Origin: Polyangia bacterium
GTDB lineage: Bacteria > Myxococcota_A > Polyangia > Fen-1088
Length of the DNA: 64,000 bases
Direction: 5' to 3'
Assembly: GCA_035578045.1 (NCBI GenBank)
Contig: DATJWP010000188.1
Span: 404-64,403, forward strand
The number at the start of each line of letters is the position of its first letter. The first letter of the stretch is position 1. The notes under the pieces are model-generated. The model searched no databases and was not told the DNA's origin. It saw only the letters and a list, made by a program, of their open reading frames with translations. The translations under genes and the position numbers were made by a program. Positions 30,580-37,612 of this stretch are shown in pieces.

Positions 30580-31386
30580 ATGAGGACCCTCACGCTCGCG
30601 TCCGTGCTGCTCGGCCTGTGTCTGGCCGGCCCCGCGCGCGCGCAGCCGGCCGGCGGCGGTGACGAAGCCGCCGCCACCGAGCTGGTCGAGCAAGCCGCGC
30701 GCGCTTACGACCAGAACCAGCTCGATGAAGCGCTGCAGTTGCTCTCGCGCGCGTACGCGCTGTCGCCGCGGGCATCGATCCTCTACAACCAGGCCCAGGT
30801 CCTGCGCACCAAGGACGATTGCGCCGGCGCGCTGGACGCCTACCGCCGCTTCATCGACGCGACCGCCCCCGACGACCCCAACCGCGAGCGCGCCCTGCGC
30901 TGGCGCGACGAGATGCAGACCTGCGCCGATCAGCGGGCCCCGCATCCGGCAGCGGTGAAGTTGACGCCACCCGAGCCCGCGCGCGGGGCCGTGACACCGC
31001 CGCCTGCCGTCGTGCTCAGCGCTCCAGCCACATCCGGGAACACCGCGGCCTACCCCACCAATAATCACCGCCGCACCATGCGCACGGGCGGGTGGGCCCT
31101 GATCGGGGTCGGGGTCGTCGCGGCCGGCACGGCGGCCGTATTCGCCTGGAAAGCTCGCGACATCCAGAACCAGATCAACGCCGAGCTCGGGCAGAGCGCG
31201 ACGTGGACCGCCCCGGAACAGTCCCAGAGCGCGCAACTGAGCAGCTATGCGTCCCGGACCTACTGGTCCGCGGGGCTGGCGGCCCTGGCCGGAGGCGGCG
31301 GCGCCACCCTGCTGATCCTCTCGCGCCCGCCCGCCGCGGCCGGGGAAAGCCACGTCGCGCTGCTCGGATGGTCGGGCAACTTCTGA
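30580..31386 (+). CDS. Secreted/membrane TPR-like protein
   Basis: Signal peptide (LCLAGPARAQP), a TPR-like helical region and C-terminal TM helices. There is a 4-nt gap after the kinase gene. Confidence 0.55.
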   Translation: MRTLTLASVLLGLCLAGPARAQPAGGGDEAAATELVEQAARAYDQNQLDEALQLLSRAYALSPRASILYNQAQVLRTKDDCAGALDAYRRFIDATAPDDPNRERALRWRDEMQTCADQRAPHPAAVKLTPPEPARGAVTPPPAVVLSAPATSGNTAAYPTNNHRRTMRTGGWALIGVGVVAAGTAAVFAWKARDIQNQINAELGQSATWTAPEQSQSAQLSSYASRTYWSAGLAALAGGGGATLLILSRPPAAAGESHVALLGWSGNF

Positions 31387-31436
31387 CGCGCCGATGCCAT
31401 GACACGCAGCTCGCCGAAAAATATTCCCCGATCGGG

Positions 31437-31463
31437 CGCAAAACAGCGCAATCCGATCCGTCC
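31437..31463 (+). promoter_or_regulatory. Promoter-like motif CGCAAAAC-N14-CGTC (copy 1), ECF-type
   Basis: The sequence cgcaaaacagcgcaatccgatccgtcc lies 11 nt upstream of the LamG lipoprotein ATG. It is about 21/27 identical, ungapped, to the copy at 33642-33668. Confidence 0.45.
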
Positions 31464-31473
31464 CCCTCATGGA

Positions 31474-32403
31474 ATGTCCCGCTCGGCAGCCCTCCCCGGC
31501 CTGGCGGCGCTCCTGGCGCTGACCGGTTGCTTTCAGATCAACGCCGAGAGCTGCCGCCTGATCTGCACCCCGGAGGTGGGATGCCCCAACGACATGACCT
31601 GCGGGTCTCAGGGCCTCTGTGTCACGCCGGGCGTCGAGATGTGCGCCCCGCTGCCGAACGGGGACGCCGGCCCCCCCGCCACGCTCACGCACAACGGGAT
31701 GAGCTTCACCCTCCCGGCCGCGGTCGCCGCCAACATGGTCCTGCTCCTGTGGCCAGATTATCTTGACGCCCCCGTCGGCTCGCCAGTGACGGTCTGGCGA
31801 GACGAGTCCGGCCACCGCAACGACGCCCAGGCCACCTATCCGACCACGGCGCCCCCACACGTCATCGCCGACGGCGTGCAACTCGACCCGAGCCAAGTCG
31901 GAAGCGGGTTCGAGGTTGTGAATAGTCCCTCGCTGGACCTCGGTTCTGGCGACTTCGCGGTCATGGTCGTCGCGGGGCTACTTGCGAAGGTCAATCCAAT
32001 AACGCTGTTTTCCAAGTCCGATTCTGTGGTCACCAACAGCCGCAAGACCGTGATTCGGTACTATCCGTCATCACCTTCGACGGGTACACCACAAGGCTTC
32101 GTCGACGACACGCAGATCTTTTCGGGAACGGACACGACGCAGCCTTCAGTGGGCGTCTACGGACTTCGACGGGTAGCGGATCACGTGGACCTGCGCTTGA
32201 ATGCCGGCGTCTTGATGGGCGCCGATCTTCCCGCAGGCGCCTCCACGACCAACTCGGAAGACCTCTATCTGGGAACGGCTGACCTCGAGACCTATACGGC
32301 CGATTCGCTCGAGGCAGTGATCATCTTGAAGGGTCCCGTCACCGATAACGACCTGAACGACTTGGAATCTTACCTGACGGCGGTCTTCAGGATGCCGAAC
32401 TGA
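31474..32403 (+). CDS. Lipoprotein with LamG/concanavalin-like domain
   Basis: Lipobox LALTGC. SLDLGSGDFAVMVVA is typical of Laminin_G_3-like jelly rolls. The start was moved to ATG 31474. Confidence 0.55.
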   Translation: MSRSAALPGLAALLALTGCFQINAESCRLICTPEVGCPNDMTCGSQGLCVTPGVEMCAPLPNGDAGPPATLTHNGMSFTLPAAVAANMVLLLWPDYLDAPVGSPVTVWRDESGHRNDAQATYPTTAPPHVIADGVQLDPSQVGSGFEVVNSPSLDLGSGDFAVMVVAGLLAKVNPITLFSKSDSVVTNSRKTVIRYYPSSPSTGTPQGFVDDTQIFSGTDTTQPSVGVYGLRRVADHVDLRLNAGVLMGADLPAGASTTNSEDLYLGTADLETYTADSLEAVIILKGPVTDNDLNDLESYLTAVFRMPN

Positions 32404-32421
32404 GCGTCGGACCTCCCGCCG

Positions 32422-33462
32422 CTACTGGCACATCGGGTTGCAGGCGGTCTGGTTGTTCGGCAAGAACGTTTCTGCGACGCACAGGTTGTCCCACCAGGTG
32501 TCGCTGCAGTAAGTGTCCTCGTTGTAGATGGCGATCGTGCAATTGGAGGCGTCCGGATAGAAAGGATAGCCCGTCGTGTGGACCTGGCTGCAATCACACC
32601 GACGCGAACAGTTGATCATCTCGTTCACGCACCGCTGGATCCAGCTGGTCGAGCAACAGAACGAATCCATTGCACAGACGTCCGCGACACAGCCATACAT
32701 CCCACACCCGGAAGCGAGCGGACCGCCCGTCTTGCACGGGGAGTGTGTACAACCGAGGGTCAGGCTCTCGATTCTGAACGTCGTTCCGGGTGGCGGCGGA
32801 AGCTTTTCTCCGAGCGCGGAGATGTGGTCCAGCATCACGCTCTCGCCCGATAGCCGGAGAGCTCGGTCCTGGCTGGCGACTGTGCCGGTAGCGCTGACGC
32901 CGACCAGGATGCTGTGATCGGGCTGCACGGCCACGCTCACCTGGGTGGCCACGTTGCTGGTGGCGAGCCGCTGGGCCAGCGTGACGTTGCCGCTGGCGTC
33001 CAGTCGGGCAACGAACACGTCGCGCTGACCGGAATGGCGCCCCTGGGCTTCCAGCACCTTCTGGCCGAAGGTCACTTTCCCCTGGAACGTTCCGGAGATG
33101 ACGACGCTCCCATCAGGATCGATGGCGGCGCCCGTCGCCGCGTCGTCCCCCGGCCCACCGAACCGCTGGGGCGGGAAGAGCGGTGCGCCTGACGGGCCGG
33201 TCTTGACGACGAAGATGTCGGTCCCCCCGACGCTGGTCAGCCTGCCGCCCGCGACGGTCACCTCGCCCCGGAAGGAGCCGGCCAGCACCTGGTTGCCCGC
33301 CGCGTCGGTGGCGAGCACCGTCTGAAGGGCAATCGATGGCGGCGGCGGGACCGTCGGCGCCGGCGGGCCGGCCTGCCGAGAAGCGCATCCTGTGATGCCA
33401 AGCACGGCACCCGCTACGAGTGCCGCTCTGCCACTGAGCACGGAACGAAAACGGAGCGCCAT
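32422..33462 (-). CDS. Lipoprotein with beta-propeller-type repeats and a C-terminal Cys-rich module
   Basis: Lipobox LGITGC. Repeated GxFxGxVTxxG units (SBBP-like). The last ~110 aa contain about 20 Cys. Confidence 0.6.
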   Translation of the reverse strand: MALRFRSVLSGRAALVAGAVLGITGCASRQAGPPAPTVPPPPSIALQTVLATDAAGNQVLAGSFRGEVTVAGGRLTSVGGTDIFVVKTGPSGAPLFPPQRFGGPGDDAATGAAIDPDGSVVISGTFQGKVTFGQKVLEAQGRHSGQRDVFVARLDASGNVTLAQRLATSNVATQVSVAVQPDHSILVGVSATGTVASQDRALRLSGESVMLDHISALGEKLPPPPGTTFRIESLTLGCTHSPCKTGGPLASGCGMYGCVADVCAMDSFCCSTSWIQRCVNEMINCSRRCDCSQVHTTGYPFYPDASNCTIAIYNEDTYCSDTWWDNLCVAETFLPNNQTACNPMCQ

Positions 33463-33641
33463 CAGTCCCCCCTAATGGTCCCGCGGTACCAACGGGCGCC
33501 CCATCATCTCTTCCGTTCAGGAAAATCGCAATTTCAATCGGCCCGGGGGACCTCGCGTTCACGCACTTGCTGGCGCATACGGAGCCGACGCAGGGGGGCT
33601 CCTGCCGCTGTCAGAACGTCGCGAGAATAATCTCTTCCGGA

Positions 33642-33668
33642 CGCAAAACCGGCAATTCCGATCCGTCT
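33642..33668 (+). promoter_or_regulatory. Promoter-like motif CGCAAAAC-N14-CGTC (copy 2), with a degenerate tandem copy at 33507-33546
   Basis: The sequence cgcaaaaccggcaattccgatccgtct lies 60 nt upstream of the ECF sigma ATG. The upstream degenerate copy reads atctcttccgttcaggaaaatcgcaatttcaatcgg. Confidence 0.45.
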
Positions 33669-33728
33669 AGGGGGTGGAAGCGAGAGCAGGGGTCAATCAG
33701 CCCGTCTGGGGGGACAGGAGCCTTGGCC

Positions 33729-34391
33729 ATGGATGGATCGGAAAGTAGTAATCAGGACGCAGCCTTCGAGCAGCGGATCGGGGCGTTGTATCCGCAGCTG
33801 TTCCGGCTGGCGCTGCGGCTGTGCCGGAACCACGCGGACGCGCACGATCTGGCGCAGGACGCGGTCGAGCGGGGGCTGCGGAACCGGGGGCAGTTCCGCA
33901 CCGGGGGGTTGCCCGATCGGTGGATGTTCACGATCTTGCGACGGATTTTCCTGGACGACTTCCGGGGGCGGCGCCGGCGGGCCCGGGTGCCGTTGCTGGA
34001 AGAACACGAGGCCATCACGGTGGCGGATCCGGAGCCTCCGGAGGTCTGGGAAAACTTCGGCCTCGAGGATGTCGAGCGGGCCCTGCTGTGCGTGGACCGG
34101 ATGGGGCGCGAGGTCTTCTCGCTGTTCGCCTTCGACCGGCTCCCGCAGCAGGAGATCGCGCGGCGGCTGTCGATCTCGGCGAAGACGGTGGCGACGCGGA
34201 TGTTCCGCACCCGAGGCAAGCTGCGCGAGCTGCTGGAGTCCGGGGCGTACCGGCGCCAGCTGGTTCTCCTGCCGCCGGCCGAACCGGCGGCTCAAACCCC
34301 GGCGCTGCTCCCTGCCGGTCCCCACGCACCGCGCACCCGCGCGGCGGCGGTGCGCCGCAGGGCCCGGGTCAGCGCCAGCGGAGTCGCCTGA
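33729..34391 (+). CDS. ECF-type RNA polymerase sigma factor
   Basis: Region 2 (LYPQLFRLALRLCRNHADAHDLAQDAVERGL) and region 4 (LPQQEIARRLSISAKTVATRMFRTRGKLRELL). The start was moved to ATG 33729. Confidence 0.8.
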   Translation: MDGSESSNQDAAFEQRIGALYPQLFRLALRLCRNHADAHDLAQDAVERGLRNRGQFRTGGLPDRWMFTILRRIFLDDFRGRRRRARVPLLEEHEAITVADPEPPEVWENFGLEDVERALLCVDRMGREVFSLFAFDRLPQQEIARRLSISAKTVATRMFRTRGKLRELLESGAYRRQLVLLPPAEPAAQTPALLPAGPHAPRTRAAAVRRRARVSASGVA

Positions 34392-34485
34392 CCGAGTCGG
34401 GCGCCTGTTCACGTGGGCGTGCTGACCCCACCCGGCGAGCCTCCGGCTCGTCGGGGTCACGGCGCTTGGCTGAACGGCGCTCCTC

Positions 34486-35340
34486 CTAGGACGGCGGGGG
34501 CATCAAGGCCGCGCAGGCGGGCGGGAGCGTGGGCTCGGCACGGGCCTGGTCGGTCTCGGCTTTCTTGGTGTGCGTGGCCTGGGCGTCCCGGCTGAACCAC
34601 CACGCGAGGTTGGTGCCGCAGCCGTCGTTGGGCGGCGGCTCCTGCGGCACGCACTGCGGGCTATCGGGCGGGCACTTGAGACGGACGTGGAAGTGATCGT
34701 GGTGGCCCCACCAGGGGCGCAGTCGCGACTGCCAGGCGGCGTGCGCCGTGGCGGGCGCCTCGCAGAGCCGCTTCTTGATGGCGGGATTCACGAAGATCCG
34801 GTCCACCGCCGGATCGGCGGCGGCCAGCGCCAGCAGCGACAGGACCTTGGGTGTCCAGACCTTGGTGGTGGCGTGCGTCTTCAGATCGATGACCGCCGGC
34901 GGCATCAGGCGCTCGCGGTCGCGGGCGTCCAGGTGCCCGGCGCGCACGCCGGCCGGGGCGACGTACCCGATGTCGGCGTCCAGCCCGGTCTGGTGGCTGC
35001 GGTGGCCGCTGGGCGTGGGCCCGCCGCGCGGCTGCGACAGGTCGCCGATGACCAGCGGGCCCAGCTTGGCTTTCCGCGCGGACGCCGCCAGCCGCTCGAC
35101 GTACTCGACCAGAAGCGGGTGGCCGAACCGGCGGTTGCGATCGAGGTGCAACACCTCATATCCGGGTCCGCTGACCGGCAGCGTGGCCGCGCCCTGAAGG
35201 CAGCCGCAGCTGCAGGTGCCAATCGACAGCGCGGGCCCGTCGGCGGGCGCGCGCTGCGCCTGCCACTGCTTGGCCACCAGGCCGCGCGACGCGGCGCCGG
35301 GGTCGACGGCGAGCAACACGCCGATCACCGCGGACAACAT
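34486..35340 (-). CDS. mepA: Penicillin-insensitive murein endopeptidase (peptidase M74)
   Basis: HRSHQTGLDADI and WWGHHDHFHVRL are MepA zinc-ligand motifs. A signal peptide is present. Confidence 0.8.
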   Translation of the reverse strand: MLSAVIGVLLAVDPGAASRGLVAKQWQAQRAPADGPALSIGTCSCGCLQGAATLPVSGPGYEVLHLDRNRRFGHPLLVEYVERLAASARKAKLGPLVIGDLSQPRGGPTPSGHRSHQTGLDADIGYVAPAGVRAGHLDARDRERLMPPAVIDLKTHATTKVWTPKVLSLLALAAADPAVDRIFVNPAIKKRLCEAPATAHAAWQSRLRPWWGHHDHFHVRLKCPPDSPQCVPQEPPPNDGCGTNLAWWFSRDAQATHTKKAETDQARAEPTLPPACAALMPPPS

Positions 35341-36232
35341 GCTCGGGTATTGTACCCTTCCCGCCCTCGTGAGACCCGTTCAACGCGACTGGCGCGGCTT
35401 GCCGGCGGTCCTGGCCGGCGCCTCGGTGCTGGGGATCTCCGCCATTTTCGTGAAGTGGGCGATGGCAGGCGGCGCCTCGGTGCTGACGATCGGTTTCTAT
35501 CGAATGGTGTTCGCGCTGCCGGGCGCGCTGCTGCTGGCGCGCGCCTCGGGCGGGCGGGCGGACGGGATCGGCCGGAAGTGGGCGATCGCGGCCGGCGTCT
35601 TCTTCTCGGCGGACGTGGCCCTCTGGCACCTGGCGATGCGCTACACCTCTGCGGCCAACGCGACGCTGCTGGTGGGGCTGTCGCCCATCTGGGTCGCGCT
35701 GACGGCCGCGCTGGTCTGGCGGCAGCGATTCAGCGCGCTCGGCTGGCTGGGGCAGGCGGTGGGGCTAGGGGGCGCTCTGATCCTGGCGCTGGCGCGCGGC
35801 GCGCGGACCGGCAACGGCCACGGCGAGGCCATCGCCTTCGGCGCCAGCTTCTGCTACGCGGCCTTCACGCTGACCATGAGCCGCGCGCGCCGCACGCTCG
35901 GCGCGCCGCAGGCGCTGGTCTGGATGAGCCTGACCTGCCTGGTCGTCTTCGCGCTGGCGAGCGCGATCGCGCGAGACCCGCTGGCCGGCTACGACGGGCG
36001 CGCCTGGCTGTCGCTGGTCGGGCTGGGGCTGATCGTGCAGCTGCTCGGCTGGTGGCTCAACAGCTGGGGGCTGGGGCACGTCGACGCCGCCACCGGCGCC
36101 ATCGCGCTGCAGATGCAACAGGTGGCGACGCTGTTCCTGTCGGCCTGGCTGCTGGCCGAGCCGCTGCGCCCGCTGGGGATGCTGGGCGGCGGCCTGATCA
36201 TGGCCGGGATCGTGATGGTGGCTCAGATGTAG
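35339..36232 (+). CDS. DMT superfamily (EamA-like) transporter
   Basis: Ten predicted TM helices in two EamA-like halves. The start is uncertain: ATG 35339 overlaps the mepA start, and a downstream GTG is possible. Confidence 0.7.
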   Translation: MLGYCTLPALVRPVQRDWRGLPAVLAGASVLGISAIFVKWAMAGGASVLTIGFYRMVFALPGALLLARASGGRADGIGRKWAIAAGVFFSADVALWHLAMRYTSAANATLLVGLSPIWVALTAALVWRQRFSALGWLGQAVGLGGALILALARGARTGNGHGEAIAFGASFCYAAFTLTMSRARRTLGAPQALVWMSLTCLVVFALASAIARDPLAGYDGRAWLSLVGLGLIVQLLGWWLNSWGLGHVDAATGAIALQMQQVATLFLSAWLLAEPLRPLGMLGGGLIMAGIVMVAQM

Positions 36233-37449
36233 CGCGGCCAGCCCGTGCGGTGGGCGGCCTTGTACCGCCGGTACCAGCGGCAGATCGGGTAGAGGAACGC
36301 GACGACCGCCGCGGCGCCCAGGTACGTCGCGCCCAGCCCCAGCTTTTCGTGCACCCCCAGCAGGCGCGAGCTGTTGGCCAGCAGCGGGAAGTGCAGCAGG
36401 TAAAAGAACATGGGCGTCTGCCCCAGCACCACCAGCAACCCGTTGACGCTGGCCTCGCGGTGCTCGGCGATCCGGAACATGACCGACAGGATCAACGCCA
36501 TCAGCCCCAGCTCCAGCGCGACGTAGGTGATCGACGGGGGGTACTTGCTGACGTGCAGCCACTGCACCGGCGCCGCCGAATCGCGCAGCAGGAACATGTT
36601 CCCGTAGCCGTTGGCGGCGCGCAGCACCAGAAACACCGCCAGCGCCGCCAGGCCGGCCAGGGCGGTGTCGCGCGCCGCGGTGTCGCGCGCCGCGGGCTTC
36701 GTAACCAGGCGCCGCCCCCACGACCAGCCGAGCAGCAGCATCGCCAGCCAGTGGATCGTCGGGTACGCGACGATGACGTGCCCGTGAACACCGCCGGTCA
36801 GCAACAACGACACGGGCCAGGAGTCCGCGACGCCCGCGCTCATCGCCAGCCGGACCAGCAGCTCGCCGCCGGCGATCAGCGCCAGCGCAACCAGCGGCGC
36901 CGCGCGATCGGGGAGCCGCCGCAACGGGATCATCAGGATGTAGGCGCTGCCGATCCCGTACAGGACCTGCAAGACGAACAGGCCGTGATCGATCACGGTC
37001 AGCGAGATCCAGAGCTCGAACGCCGCGATGATCGCGCCGCGCACCAGGATGTACCTGTCGATCCGCCAGGAACCCTGGGAGGGTTCCCGAGACCTCCCCC
37101 GACGACTCCGCTGGGCAGAGCCCAGCTCCGTCAACGCGACGTCGCGCGGGCGGTCGCCGGTAGCGATCTGGCGCGACACCGTGAACGCCAGGCTGACGCC
37201 GGCGAGAAACAGAAACGTCGGCGCGCAGAGATGCGTGATCCAGCGGGTCAGGAACTGCGCCGCCGGCAGCGGCGAGCCGGGGTGGTACATCCAGGCGGCG
37301 TCGGTGAACAGGCGCCCGGCGTTGAACGAGTCCGAGCTGTGGTCGATGGCCATCAACACCATCACCAGCCCGCGCATCCAGTCCAGCGGGGCCAGGCGCG
37401 ACGCGGCGCGCGCCCGCGTCGCATCGGTCGCCCCCTCGGAACCCATCAA
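36223..37449 (-). CDS. DUF1624 / heparan-alpha-glucosaminide N-acetyltransferase-like membrane protein
   Basis: LDWMRGLVMVLMAIDHSS N-terminal motif and multiple TM helices. It carries an in-frame repeat-derived loop (see the repeat at 37059-37137). Confidence 0.65.
   Translation of the reverse strand: MMGSEGATDATRARAASRLAPLDWMRGLVMVLMAIDHSSDSFNAGRLFTDAAWMYHPGSPLPAAQFLTRWITHLCAPTFLFLAGVSLAFTVSRQIATGDRPRDVALTELGSAQRSRRGRSREPSQGSWRIDRYILVRGAIIAAFELWISLTVIDHGLFVLQVLYGIGSAYILMIPLRRLPDRAAPLVALALIAGGELLVRLAMSAGVADSWPVSLLLTGGVHGHVIVAYPTIHWLAMLLLGWSWGRRLVTKPAARDTAARDTALAGLAALAVFLVLRAANGYGNMFLLRDSAAPVQWLHVSKYPPSITYVALELGLMALILSVMFRIAEHREASVNGLLVVLGQTPMFFYLLHFPLLANSSRLLGVHEKLGLGATYLGAAAVVAFLYPICRWYRRYKAAHRTGWPRYI
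37059..37137. repeat. Hairpin-rich short repeat, copy A (REP/MITE-like), inside the DUF1624 CDS
   Basis: Near-identical, in inverted orientation, to both arms of 52005-52122. Contains the palindromes GGAACCCT-ggg-AGGGTTCC and CTGGGC-aga-GCCCAG. Confidence 0.7.
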
Positions 37450-37500
37450 CTCCGCTTTGTCGAACGTGGCGCCGGCGAAGTCAATCTGCTAAAGCCATTC

Positions 37501-37590
37501 GGTCCGGGCGACTGGCGAGTCCGTGGAATCGACCACGAGGGAGCCCGGACGCAATCGATCGGGCCGCTCGCCTGGGTCCCCTGTTTTCCT
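37501..37590 (+). promoter_or_regulatory. ZTP (pfl-motif) riboswitch with putative terminator expression platform
   Basis: P1 is GTCCGGG (37502-08) pairing with CCCGGAC (37544-50). The conserved blocks GACTGGCG, CCACnnGGGAGC and CGCCTGGG are all present. The alternative pairing of 37539-48 with 37572-80 is followed by CTGTTTT. It lies 23 nt upstream of glyA. Confidence 0.7.
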
Positions 37591-37612
37591 GCCAACGCAG
37601 AACGGAGGGACC

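Noticed and set aside
26168-30677. Several 380-620-aa ORFs (26168..27331+, 26478..28046-, 27338..28432+, 28809..30677-, 29009..30583+)
   Set aside because: They overlap the MASE1 kinase, sigma factor and Ser/Thr kinase genes in other frames and have no motifs.
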